Source of the DNA: Psammoneis japonica
Taxonomy: Eukaryota
Assembly: GCA_008632985.1 (NCBI GenBank)
Contig: QPGO01000021.1
Span: 434,001 to 498,000, forward strand
DNA: 64,000 bases
Direction of reading: 5' to 3'
Shown: positions 36,589-48,636 of the stretch, piece by piece
Numbering within the stretch: position 1 is the first letter of the stretch
Layout: every line of letters starts with the position of its first letter
Made by a program: the position numbers and the translations under genes
Notes under the pieces: generated by a model
Told to the model about the DNA's origin: nothing
What the model saw: only the letters and a program-made list of their open reading frames with translations
Databases searched by the model: none

Positions 36589-36698
36589 TGAGAATCAAGC
36601 AGAAGTCAGTCATGCCGCCATCGCTGATTGAGTCCCGGTTTTCGTGGTGGCGGCAAGACATTTCTGAAATAACACGACGACTCCTCCACTCTTTTCTT

Positions 36699-38186
36699 TT
36701 AGCTCGTCGTTGCCATGAATTGGTTCTCGAGGCTTTCAAATGGTTCCGGCACCAAGAACAACAAGTGGTTTCCGTTTGGACGAGTCTCCACTACACCTTT
36801 GTATGCCGTTCTTGGTACGCCTGCCTTTTCATCCGTCATGATTCCCAACAATTTCGACTTTGCTTTGAAATCCTTCATTGTCTCGTAGCCCAATCGAACA
36901 TTGCCGTCCTCGGAGAGTTTCTCTGCTTCTGCGACGGTCGTAGCCTGGACTGTGTTCTTAATCAAATTCCAGTACTCGACATTGAACAGTTCTGGATTTT
37001 GCAAAGTTTCAAAATCTTGATCTCGCCAGTTCACAGTCTGGTCAGTGTTGAGCTGCACTTCGCTGAGTTTTCCACCAAATTGATTCATACTAGCACCTCC
37101 CTTTGACCCAAAATGGAAGGTCCGTGATATTTCTGGCCGGAGAATCTGGCGTCCCTTTCGTTGCGGCGGTTCTCGAAGCCAGTCATCCCAATACGCATCT
37201 GGCCACTTTTCCTCGAGCTCGCCCCATATGTCTCGATTCATGAGCCACCCAAGTCCTGGGAAAAAGTCTGATCGTAATACACGTGTTGCATTCTTAATCT
37301 TTCCTTTCAAGCCATTGTCATTAAATGCCGAAGCAGCAAGAAGATTATTCTTGGGGTTATCCAACAACGGTGCCATGGCGCTCATGTAGTCAAAAAAGTC
37401 GGGCGCAACCTCAATGTCTTCCTCCAAAATTATGACACGCCGAGGCGGTGGATAAAGCTCCTTGTCAAAGTATGACTTGCCAATTTCGACATAAGACCCA
37501 GAAAACACGTGTCGCAGAGCCCAACCATAGTGAACAGCAAGTTTTTTATAGGATGCAGTTGGCCCTCGCAAATTAGTCTTCAGCGGCTCGTGTGTCAAAT
37601 GCAACAGCGGCACATCGACCGTGGCAAATTTTGCTTTGTACTTTTCAATTACCTCTTGCACTCCAGAGTTCGTTCCATCTTGAGATACGACAATAGGACA
37701 ACCCATGTTGCAGTGGTGTGACACAGTATTGAACACCTTCTCCAAGGTTCTTGCCAAGTATTCACCTCTCGAACATGTAAATATCAAAAGCGGAGACTCA
37801 TATTTCTTGAGATAATAATCTACCACGTGTCCTTGCTTTAATTCAGCCAATCTCTGTGCTTTTGAATGTGTATGGCTGTCCCCGAGTAGCATGTGTGGAC
37901 TTATGTGATCCGTCGTCGTATCCTCCTGCTGCTCATCACTTTTTGTTACGAGAAACACCATGGCACCCACAAGCCACAGTATAACAATTACTGAAAAGAT
38001 CAGAGCCATAGACAAGCCATTGAACGGACCTTTCTTTGGCTGCTGCCTTCCTTCACGAGGGGTGATGCGTGCCATGTTGTAAAATGCTGTGTGTGTCGAA
38101 TCGTCAGCCGTCAGCAACGGTTCCTGCCCTTCGTCATTGCCGATGACTGATTTTCTGAAAAAAAATGTCTGCATCATCTTCTGCAA
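36699..38186 (-). CDS. MGAT1: Alpha-1,3-mannosyl-glycoprotein beta-1,2-N-acetylglucosaminyltransferase I (GT13); start may be the ATG at 38075
   Basis: Type II TM anchor; VSQDG, IILEEDIEVAPDFFDY, SAFNDNG, RSDFFPGLGWL, YWDDWLR, RPEISRTFHFG. Confidence 0.95.
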   Translation of the reverse strand: MQKMMQTFFFRKSVIGNDEGQEPLLTADDSTHTAFYNMARITPREGRQQPKKGPFNGLSMALIFSVIVILWLVGAMVFLVTKSDEQQEDTTTDHISPHMLLGDSHTHSKAQRLAELKQGHVVDYYLKKYESPLLIFTCSRGEYLARTLEKVFNTVSHHCNMGCPIVVSQDGTNSGVQEVIEKYKAKFATVDVPLLHLTHEPLKTNLRGPTASYKKLAVHYGWALRHVFSGSYVEIGKSYFDKELYPPPRRVIILEEDIEVAPDFFDYMSAMAPLLDNPKNNLLAASAFNDNGLKGKIKNATRVLRSDFFPGLGWLMNRDIWGELEEKWPDAYWDDWLREPPQRKGRQILRPEISRTFHFGSKGGASMNQFGGKLSEVQLNTDQTVNWRDQDFETLQNPELFNVEYWNLIKNTVQATTVAEAEKLSEDGNVRLGYETMKDFKAKSKLLGIMTDEKAGVPRTAYKGVVETRPNGNHLLFLVPEPFESLENQFMATTS

Positions 38187-38554
38187 AGTGCCTCCACACG
38201 GACAAAGGACGGGCGTGCGTCGTCGGGCAAGTGCGTGCTGGTCGGACGGATCGGTGGAGCTTGGAGCCTGGAGCTGCCGACCAACACTTCGTCCTGCCTC
38301 TATCTACCTAGGCCTCTAGCTATCAATAGAGAGGAGACTAACTATACCACTTTAGTGAGGGTAGACACTATCAGCATGCTGCGATGCTTCTTCCGCTATC
38401 TGCATCTAATCTGGCGTGAAGTAGTTGGTCCTTACCTTGAGACTCTTAGATCCAAGGTATTTTGCAGTATAGTGACATTAAGATCTTTCCTTATGCCTTT
38501 AGCTAGCTACAAACACAATTTGCTCGTTAGCATGATGTGTCTTTGTTCTGTACC

Positions 38555-39096
38555 TTAGATTTCCATGTTGGTGATAGTTTGCGTCTCTACCTGGGACACT
38601 CCGTCAATGGCCTTGATCTTTTCAAGGAACTCACTCTCCGGAGCAAAACCATTCTCCTCCCAAGGACCAAAGTCATCAAGAGGCACAGTAGTCATTAGCT
38701 TAAAGTCCAAACAGGATCCACAGACCAAACGGTTGACGGTGGCATCCTTGGACGCCTTTTTGATTTCAGGCAGCAACTCGTCGACAACCTTGGCAATGGC
38801 CTCCAAGGATTCAGAATCGCTCTTGTCGCCCGTGTACTTGCAACGCCATTCACGGCAGACACGGTCAAACGACATGCTTCCATTGGCAAGGGGGACCGAG
38901 TTCAAAGCCGACGTTGACTTGGAGCGAAAGGCCTGAGGAGCAAAGGCCTTCTTAGAACCAGTAGCACGGAGGCAAGCGGTGAGACTCGTCGATGCATGAA
39001 AACAAAAAAAACTTCAATGTTCAACCCAAAAAAGAACAAATCACTCACCGATGCAGAGGCGTAAAAGACGGAGAGGAGAGCAAGAGAGGTCTTCAT
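38555..39096 (-). CDS. Small plastid-targeted protein of unknown function; exons 39096-39049 and 38947-38555
   Basis: Spliced N-terminus [21 protein letters not shown] gives signal peptide plus ASAFAP motif; mature part has [17 protein letters not shown] (CxxC), VETQT. Confidence 0.85.
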
Positions 39097-39362
39097 CGTG
39101 ACGGTAACGCAAGCTTTGATGATGTCTTCGATTCGATAACTGCCGATTGTTGCGGCATCCGACATGGCGATCTTTCGTGTTGGCGCCGATGACGTACGCA
39201 CGTGCATTCTACACGAAAAACATACTGAGTCAGTCGGGGGGAAGATCGCGCTTCGAAATCTTTCCCGCGCCGCAATCACGACTTCACTTCACGTCGGGAA
39301 ATGTGGAGTTACAATCGAAAAACGACGCATAAAACTACCAGAAGAGCGAAAAGCAGTAAGGC

Positions 39363-40499
39363 ATGATAGATACAAGCGAAATCGATAACGTTATTGTGGT
39401 TGGATGTGGCCTCGCGGGCCTTGCCGTGTCGCTTTGTCTCGCGCAAAAAGGATTCCATGTGGACATTGTGGAGCGCCGCGACAATTTTGAATCGAAAGGA
39501 GCAACGTTTGGGCTTGCACCCAATGGTCAAAAGGCAATGCGAGAGTTTTGTCCAGATGCTTTGGACTATCTCAAATCAATAGGCATTCTGCTTAGCTCTG
39601 GTGGATACATGCTTCCGTGGTGGGAAGTACGCGATGCACTGTTGGAACGAGCAACCAAGAATCCAGAAATTGTTCTTCACATGGATATGCAAGTAGCTTC
39701 TGTGCAAGAGACCCCCGAGAAAGCAATCATCAGGTTTTCTAATTCAGACTCCGTGATGGAAGGAAAAGTTGTGATTGGTGCTGATGGTGTTCATTCTCAG
39801 ATTCGTTCTCTGATTGGCGCAAAACCCGCGGTACCCACGGGCGCGTCTGTTTGGCGAGGACGCTTGGATGTGAGGGAAATACCTTCTCTATCACATTTGC
39901 TGACCTCAATTAATATTGCAAAAATTTTCATGTTTGGTAGCACCGCAGTTTCTCTCTTTAATTTTCACCCAAAGCTTCCAGGGATCATTGCGTGGGTTGT
40001 TTCCAGTAAAGCCGCAGATGTTCAACATGGAAAAACAACGCCATTGGACTTGATTGAGAATGAAAGCCACGACGACAAGGAGACGATTTTGGAGATTTTC
40101 AAACTTTCCAAAGAAGACGACTTGAAGTGGAGTACCGAAATGTCGGTTGTGAAATTAGACGAAAGTTGGGGAGGCAAGGGGCGAACGACGCTTGTTGGCG
40201 ACGCAGCACATGCCTTGCGACCCGCCTCTGGGCTTGGTGGTTCCCTTGCATTTGAAGATGCAGTAGTGCTGGCAAGAATGTTGGGAGAGAACAAAGACTC
40301 TGTAGAGGCACTTCGAGCCTTTGAAGAAAAGCGTCTACCTCGGTGCAAGGCCATTTCAGACGACCAAACCCGTCGATCCGAAGCCACATACAAAAAGGAC
40401 GTTGAGATTCCTCCCTGGAGCAAAGAATTCACCGAGTGGCTCAATATGGGACCAGATGCTCCTAGCTTTCCTCCGAATGAAATATATCAGGAATCTTGA
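39363..40499 (+). CDS. FAD-dependent monooxygenase (flavoprotein hydroxylase family)
   Basis: GCGLAG Rossmann motif, VIGADGVHSQIR, LVGDAAHALRPASGLGGSLAFEDA. Confidence 0.93.
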   Translation: MIDTSEIDNVIVVGCGLAGLAVSLCLAQKGFHVDIVERRDNFESKGATFGLAPNGQKAMREFCPDALDYLKSIGILLSSGGYMLPWWEVRDALLERATKNPEIVLHMDMQVASVQETPEKAIIRFSNSDSVMEGKVVIGADGVHSQIRSLIGAKPAVPTGASVWRGRLDVREIPSLSHLLTSINIAKIFMFGSTAVSLFNFHPKLPGIIAWVVSSKAADVQHGKTTPLDLIENESHDDKETILEIFKLSKEDDLKWSTEMSVVKLDESWGGKGRTTLVGDAAHALRPASGLGGSLAFEDAVVLARMLGENKDSVEALRAFEEKRLPRCKAISDDQTRRSEATYKKDVEIPPWSKEFTEWLNMGPDAPSFPPNEIYQES

Positions 40500-40606
40500 T
40501 CAGTTATATGGCTGCACCAGTTTCTTTAGATAGACTTCGAAAACAGTACATTCAATGATTTTCATGGCAAAACTCAATCAAACGCTAGTAGCTTCAACTC
40601 GTTAGT

Positions 40607-41674
40607 TTATGCTTGCTTGTTGTACACTGGCTTTGCAAGGGTACGTCCCATTTGTCTAGCCAAAATATTAAACGCTTCATAAGTTTGCTCCATGTCACTC
40701 TCCACTCTGGGTTTCTTTCGTTGTGCAGCAATGATCAAAAAGGTCTTGATCATTTGATACATGCAATAGAACAGAACAATGTAAACCATGGGCCTAGCAA
40801 TGCGAAGGGTAGCTTCCTCCTTGGCATAGTAGATGCGTTCGCATTCCTCAAGGTTGCGACTCCAAAACATTTCGTCTCCGTGATAAGTTATTCTTGCACA
40901 AATACGTGCCATAGGCGCCCCTTCCCAACCAACCAGCGACGGGCCGTATCTTACATTTAATGAAAGGCATAAGATGAAACAAGTGAGTTAAACATACCAA
41001 TCATACCGGTATAGTCAGAGGCACATTGCCACACACCGGTACATTTCTCTAAGGGGAACGTCAATCAGAACTCGTGTCAAGTTCATTGGCAGCGACAACA
41101 AAAAGGTCATCGACACGTGATAAAACTCGTGCAAATCGTCCAAGAGCGATATGAATACTAGAGCCACAAGAAGAACAACCGCTAATAGAAGCGCACTTTG
41201 AAAAGACAATCCGCCTCGTGCGTAGTTTGACGAAAGGTCGTCGTTTGCTATATGACACGAGTCTGGATCCAACGACCAAACGTCCTCTTGATACTCCTCG
41301 TGGTGTTGCAAGATTTGTTCCAATGGTACAAAAAGTCCGTCCCGTTCTCGAAAAATACCCTGAACAGTCGTGAGAATATGAAAGAATCATCAATTGAGAG
41401 AGAATGAAACACAAATTCCTAATTCTCGTCAGGATGAACAGTTTTTCTTACTGCAGCTGGTCCGTCGTTTGCCAAGAGAACGCAAGAGGCTTGAACAATA
41501 CATCTACCCAGGCGCTCTTCCGACATGTTTGGTGTTACCATTACTTTTACAACAACACTAGTGGGCTGCCATGGAAAATGATGGTGGTGGAGAGGATACC
41601 GTTCGTCGTGTTGGGTTCTCCGCCTTCGAACTTGACTCCGAATCAACAGCGTGAAAGTCGGACGCTCGTCATTT

Positions 41675-41730
<56 letters not shown>

Positions 41731-41970
41731 CCTTGCAATTATGGGAGATGGTGGAGGATTGACATGTGCTGCCGCTGCTGGTTCAGATCTCTCGCGAGGC
41801 GAAAGAGGAGGTTGAACCGGTGCTTGAACATTTTGTGGTGGTTGCTGAAGTAATGCCTGTTGTTCTTGTTGCGTTGTTTCTTCCTCGATTTGTTGCGAAC
41901 GTCGAGATGATCTTCTCGTCGTTCTTCTGGGTGGTGGCGGTGGAGGAGGAGGCGGAGGACGATCGGCCAT
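40607..41970 (-). CDS. Hypothetical membrane protein with polyP and polyQ tracts; 3 exons
   Basis: ORF pieces 41970-~41452, ~41359-41038 and ~40950-40607 join in frame at GT-AG junctions (PAA|GIFRERDG; MYR|YGPSLVGWEG); two hydrophobic segments; CAG/CAA tract ~41673-41730. Confidence 0.75.
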
Positions 41971-42341
41971 TGCGGAAAAGACAAAACAGGAAAAAGAAAA
42001 AAACGGTATGTTTCAAAATAACGGCTCAATTTTCAAAAATTCCACGTGTAACTTTCCTAGAACAGAAGCGAAGATGATGGCATCAATCAACACGATGGAC
42101 AGCCAGACGCACGTGCATTGTTCTCGAGCGAATGAAAGATGTGGATTCTACGGTGAAATTGGTATGTTGACGTCAGCGAACATCTGGTGATCGAATGAGG
42201 GTACGCGATCTCTCGTACAATTTCTACGTAGAAAAAGCGATCTTTTTCGTATCTTTTGCCGCGACGCAACATGCCAAACAAACCGGGATCGTCATTTCAC
42301 ATCCACCACCTGCGTTGAAAACTTGAAACTGCATCGTCACC

Positions 42342-42902
42342 ATGGCTGAATCGGAAGAACCCCCTACCAAGAAGGCCAAGACGGGCTGGGAAGAGCATAC
42401 CCTCAACTGCTCTGAAGCCGTGATGAAGGCTGATGAGGGCCGTCACTTGGCTGACATTGCCAACGATCCCATCTCCACGCTTCAGGGCATTGGGCCTCTT
42501 GCCGAGCGCGTCTTGAGCGCCATGAAGGTCAACACGTTACGCGACTTGGCTACGTACAAGTATTACCTTGTCTCGCGCGCTCTCGTCACCATGGCCGAGA
42601 CTGAAACCAAGGGCGGGCGAACCGCCGGGTCCGTCATGAATGTCGATAAGGCTGTGGATAAGGACTATGAAGCCAAGTCCTTTGCTGAAATTGTCGAGGC
42701 TCCCATTTCGGCACTCGAGGGACTTACCGACGAGGCTGATGGCCTGTTGAAGGAGTTGGGCGTCAAGACTATTGCGGACTTGGGAGCTCTCAAGTACTGC
42801 CGTTGGGCCGAAGCGATCTGTCTCCTCGGAGACAAGTACGAGCACACCAAGAACGCCGCGGAACGCAAGGCCGAAGCTGCGCTCAAGAAGTTGCAAAACT
42901 AG
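42342..42902 (+). CDS. Conserved hypothetical protein made of two tandem copies of a ~70-aa domain
   Basis: PISTLQGIG..LSAMKVNTLRDLATYKY vs PISALEGLT..LKELGVKTIADLGALKY; strong GC3 codon bias. Confidence 0.85.
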   Translation: MAESEEPPTKKAKTGWEEHTLNCSEAVMKADEGRHLADIANDPISTLQGIGPLAERVLSAMKVNTLRDLATYKYYLVSRALVTMAETETKGGRTAGSVMNVDKAVDKDYEAKSFAEIVEAPISALEGLTDEADGLLKELGVKTIADLGALKYCRWAEAICLLGDKYEHTKNAAERKAEAALKKLQN

Positions 42903-43199
42903 AGTGTATGTTTGAATGGGGGGGTCAGGAGAAATGGGGAGAGGAGTGTGTTATTCAGGAAGCAAGCATCGGGAGCTCTAATCGATTAGGATATCTTTTA
43001 AAGAATAGATGATGTAGAGCGAGGATTGTTTTGCAATTCTGACATACTACATTGCTTCCCTTAGATCTTTGTAGAATTGCTGTGCTTTAGGTCAACCGTA
43101 GCTATGTTGATGGTAAGCAGGTTGACAAGCTTCAAAATCTTCTTTACGGTGCTGTATGTCAGAAAAACTAAACTGACGTTTGTGAATGAGGTCGAAACG

Positions 43200-46100
43200 C
43201 TGGCATCACTTCCTGTGACTGTCGAGTGTGCATGAGGAGTGACATGTAATCATGCACTCTTCTGTAGCTTGTGTGCATTGGCAGAAAGAAAATGTAAGCT
43301 TCTTTGGCCGTCGGCGTCATTTTTTTGGAAATCCAGTTCCTGTGTCAGAATCAACAGGGCATCAAGCTTTGACTGCTTCACTTCAATGCTGGCATCATGC
43401 AATTCACTCATGAGTTCCAACAAATCAGCTGATCTTTGGCAAGAAAGCCAATCTCACAGAAAACAACATGTTTGAGTCAGCTCACCCTTTTGCACACCCT
43501 GTTTTTTTTAAAACAGCCACATGGTGCTGAAAATGAACAGGGAAATGGCATCTCAAACATGGGCACTGAAAATGGCCTTGTGCAGTTGACCATGATTTAA
43601 CATTGTGAAAGCACAAAAAATGATGCCACCAAAATGACTTTCTCTTCAGGTGCCGCAACCTCCAACAAAGAAAGCAGCATGGCATTGTTGTCAACAAACT
43701 GATCTGAGGAAAGAAGATGCAAAACATTGGGGGCAGGGCCGTGAGGGACATGTGCAAAAAATCCCAGCAAAAACCACATGAAACGAGATGACAGGTGGGT
43801 GCATTGTCGTCACACACTCACACACAAGTGCTTCTTTACCCCAAGATTAAAAGAGCACATCTTTTCTGAGTTGTCATGAAACAAGAATTTGAAGACCTTT
43901 TCTTTTCAGACTGGAGCATGTGCGTGAAGCTTGTTTTCAAACAGCATTGGTGCAAGAGTGGGGGGTCAGCACTTGGTCATGCTGAGTCATGCGCTCACTT
44001 TTCATCTGATGGCTTTTCTCAAAGAAAATTTCCTCAAGTTGGCTGAGTAAAAAAAGCCATTGCACAAGAAAATGAGTGGCAACAAGTGTCTGCAATGTGC
44101 GCCAACATGAGTGGGGCTGCACAGCTGATGTGACAACCATCACGCAGGTGTGGTTGGGTCAAAGCTGAGCACCTCATCCATGTGTTGCTGAAAGACACAG
44201 ATCAGCACTCATGTGAGGACATTCACAAGTGAGGATTTTGCTGCTCCAATGTTGCAGCTGCACTGCATCCAGGTTGTGACAGTCCTTTCTGCAATGTGCA
44301 TGATGGCCAATCTTGGTTGAGTCATGAGGAGCTGTGGGTTCACACCAGAAAAAGCTCCAAAGGGTCTCACAAAGAGCTGCCAGCAAGTCTGTCTTCTTTT
44401 CCTTTGCACTGGCTGAGTGTTCTGGCCAGGTTGAAGGCTGGTCTGACATGAGCTGCACTTTTTTCCACATGGATCTGAGCTTGCTTTTGTGCCAAGCCTG
44501 CGCCGCAGTGATCCCCCCATCACTGTCAGCTGGCCCTGCCAACACTTCTCCACTGGACCTTCCCAACTCTGTGGGCAGCATTCCTCTTGCTCCAGCCAGA
44601 GCCTGTTCTTGATTTTCCTCTTGTTCTGAAATGCAAGAGATTTTTTTTTATTTTGAGTTTGCCTCTGATGGCCCCAGCAACACGTCCACAGTTTTGGCAG
44701 TGTCCCACATGACGATTTTCCACACCCTTCAGCAAAAACCTCTCAAGACATTGTGGTCAACAAAGATGTCATTTGCTCCGCCAGTGGCAAAACAGCTCTG
44801 GAAATCAATGTGGTGGCTCACAGTGGATGTCTGGTCTCATTCATTCCCAACACTTTGTTGCTTGCTGCATTGTCAGTGCTCATTGTCATTCTCTGATGCA
44901 TGATGTTGTCCACAGCAGGCTCTGCACACCTCTCTCCCTTTTTGCAATTTGGGACATTCCTTTTGCTCAGAAAACTTTGAACAACAATGCCGTTGTTGTG
45001 AAATGACACACGAGTGGGGTGAAATGGTTGTTGATGTGGCTTGCATTGCCAAAATCACAGCAGATGATGACCTCCCTGATTTTCCCAAGCCATCTTGTTC
45101 CTCAATCAGCTTTGGCTCCCAGCGACAAGTCTGTTCATCCTGAGCTCTTCTCATCAGCAAAAACTCCCCAAGTTGGCACCAAAGAGGTGCTTGTGGTGTC
45201 TTGACCAAGGTCTTGAAGGACAACCCTCATTTTCTCATCCTTTGTTCTTGCTGGCACTGTTGCAAACAACATGCTCTTGCTGTGAAAGCTGTTGTTATTC
45301 CTTTGCTTTGTTGCCCTGGCTCAATTGCTTTTTGTCTCAGCAACCACACTCGCTTGTTGGAGGGAGTGACAGATGTTGTTCCCTTCAAAGTTGCGCCAGT
45401 CCTCTCTTGCTCCTGGGCAAAACATTTTGGTCAAATGCAAGATTCAAAGCTCAAAACAAGTTCATCATCACCTGTCTGCCAATCTCCAGGCTGTGGTCAA
45501 TTGCCTGCTTCCTGGCAATGTCATCCCCATGGTTGGCTGAACACCATTGCCCTTTGAGCAATTCCTGGCATGTTGGATGACACCTCTGTTGCCTCTGCCA
45601 GCTGAGCACTTGAAAGATTGGCACAAGCTTTAACTTCAATGACTTTCCAAGATGACCCACAAGGGCCACGCAAATTTGTTTGTCAATCAACTCCAAAGCA
45701 TGGCTCAACATTAATTTGTGGCTCTTGCTCCAAATTTTGCAGCCTCTCCTCTGCAAAAACATCAGTCTCTTTTCCTCCAGCAGTTGCCTCCATGAAAGAT
45801 CCTCCTGGTGACACTGACATGATGGATGCTGCACACAGAATGAATCAGATTTTCTGCAGGGGGGGGGGGGGGGGGNGGCATCTTCCCTGGGTGCTGATTT
45901 TGTCTGATGCAGGTTTGCCAACCAATCTGTTGTGGCTGTTCCAACTTGTCCAAGAATGATCTGATTGAAGGTCCTCTTTTTGTCTTTCTCAGAAAGATTT
46001 GTCTCACACCTGCCAGCATGCATTTGGTGCAACTGGGTGCTTGTGTTTGATGGTTGTTGTGTGCTGGTGACTTTGTTGCATGCTGCCAAGTGCAGAGCAA

Positions 46101-48280
46101 AATTCCAGCAGACATTGTGGGTGTCTCTGGTGCATGCCTGGATGCCTCCAAACTGGAAGTCTGGTTGGGTCACTCTCTCATCATCTTTGAGCAGCAGCTT
46201 TGTTGTCTTGTGATTTGGTGGCTTTTTGACTCTGGCACCAACAGGATGGTCCTCTGCACAGCTGGTTTGTTTGGTTGTTGGACAGAAAGCATGATCACCA
46301 AACCATTGTTGTGTCATGTCACCATGCTGCATGTTCAATTTGCTCCTCATCTGCTGGAAAGACCATGGCTTGTGCACAACAAGCATGCTGTGCTTGCTCA
46401 AGGCAGAGCTCAACCTGAGCCCAATGTGGCGCTTCTTGCTCCAATTTGTCATGACGCATCTTGGCTCCTTTCCTGGATGAACCCAACAGAGAAGTGGCTG
46501 CATTTGGAGACCTCAATGCTCACCTCTAAAATCATGTGGGTGCTCTTGCAAGACTGGCCCATCAGCCCAAAAACTCTCAGATGTTGGACCTGGTTTGCTG
46601 CACAGGGCATCAACTTTGGCGCACATGTGTCCATGGATCAAAGAGGTCAGACAATGTGATTGCTGCTCCTTGGGCTCTAGATGCAGCTCATCCTTCTTGG
46701 TGTGAATCATTTGGACACAGAATTTTGTCAAATCACAGAGCGTGCTTTGTGGGCTTTGATGTGGCTGCCATTTTGGGAGTCCTGAGGCCACATGTTGATC
46801 TCCGTGTGGCAGAATTTGTTCTCTTCAGGCAAATTGGCCTGAGCACATGGCACAAACTTCCTGTCCTTGGACTGGGATGTGATTGAACAAATTTGCCAGT
46901 CATCATGTGCCACTGCATTTCACTTGGGTTTGTTCTTCACTGGATTGGCTTTTCCAGCATTGGCTTCTGGGTCAAAGGTTGCCAAGACCACACGTTGTCC
47001 CTGGTCAACTCATTTCCTTTCAATGCTTGAGCCAACATCAGAGCAAACAGATTGCTGGTGAGCTTGTTCACGAACGGTGCTTCCAGCCAGGACACATCAG
47101 CTGTGCTTCCCTTTTCTTGCTGTCAAGCTGATGGTCCGGCTGCTGCCAGTCTCAAGTCCTCCATGCACTGCGCTGCATCTGCTGCTCCTTTGTTGTTGAA
47201 GCACATGGGCAAACACAACTGGCAGCACTCACCCCACTTGGATTTTGTTGGTTGGAAGGTTTGCGCCACTTTGATTCATCATCAGAATAAATGCCATGTG
47301 TCTGCCATCAAGTTCCTCATCCACAATCTTGTTTCCATGAACAAAATTGCCCACAGGTGCAACCCAATCTGGCTGCATCACTCCTGCTTGTTGTGTGGTG
47401 TGAGGAACATCCCACATGCTCGAAGGCTGTGGTCAGATTCTCAAGTGTCCCCCTTGAACAAACCCTGGGGCAGAAAGTTCCTTCAAGGGCTTTGCAGGCA
47501 TCGCAACAAACTTGACACCATGCCCCCTTTTTGGGACTTTCTTTTCATTGCAATTGAAGCTTGGCATCATGATGAAATGGCGCATGAGCAGCATTTTGAT
47601 CACATGCCACATGAATTTTGGAGAGCCCAAAGCACCTCTGGACAGCATCAGGTGTTCAGTGCGGGCACATGTCAAAGCTTTGGAGTGTGTTTTAAACCAC
47701 TCATCTGCATGAAACTGGCACCCTTTGGGGACAACTCAAGTGGAGATTTTGTGAGCACAAGGATTGTGTTGAAACTGCGCTGCTTGTCAAAAACACAGTT
47801 TGTGCTTCTTTCTCTGCAAATGCAGATGTCAGCGGAGGCCACTCCACAATTTGAGCTTGGTTCATGCATGAATCAAAACCAAGCTGCATCTCAAATGCTG
47901 AGTTTGTTTTTCTCTGAAGCTGCGGGCACCAGTGGGCACAGCTCTCAAGTTGGTGTGCTGTGTTCAAAGCCCAACCAACATGTTTCTTGCATGACAAAAT
48001 CAACTGGAGAGGACCAGGAACACAGCTGCTTTGTTGTCACTTCCCAGATCACACTCAGACTGCTGATGGTGGACAGATTGACAAGGCTGGCAAACCGAGA
48101 ACCATGTGCTCAACAAAGTGTGGAACTGTTCTTGACAGGGTCCATCTTGGAAGAGGCCTTGTTGCATGAAAAAGCTTGGCAGGCAGTCTCAATGGAGGAC
48201 TGTGTCTTGGAGTTTGGTGTGGGTCCACTTCAGTGAGCCTCAAAACACAAATGGGACAATCCAACAGATAAAAACAACTT
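43200..48280 (+). mobile_element. TpA/CpG-depleted block containing a decayed non-LTR (LINE) retrotransposon with RNase H (about 45000-48200)
   Basis: Remnants DWDVIEQI (~46870), WVKGCQD (46968, cf. WVKGHQD), NA*ANIRANRL (cf. AxLNxxADxLA), and a C-terminal IKFLIHNL..NKIAHRCNP..SCLLCG..LDT.P..W..Q..G..Q.F region. Confidence 0.65.
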
Positions 48281-48636
48281 GCATGGTTGGTTTGTTGTGG
48301 ATCCCTAATGGCAAGAACAAGATCATGTTAGTTTGGGGTGAAGAAGTCAATAAAATGTCGCAGTTTGATTAGATTTACACTAACTTGAGGAGGAGAAAAC
48401 CAACTAACAACTGGTAAACAAGGACTTAGTATGAATGATCGGTTCTTCGGTTATATCGTCAGCTGCACTCATTCCATTTTGAAACTATTTCACGCTTTAC
48501 TCACATTTTAAGCTGGTTGCGGTTTGTATGTGCAATTTACAATTACTTTTACTCTAGCTAGAGTATTTCGAGATGTACACATTCAACTGCACCGACACAA
48601 AATAGAGATCAGACATGGCCACAACGTCCATGCTTA

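Noticed and set aside
45858..45879. Long G run containing an N as a G-quadruplex element
   Set aside because: The ambiguous base indicates unresolved homopolymer sequence; the length is unreliable.
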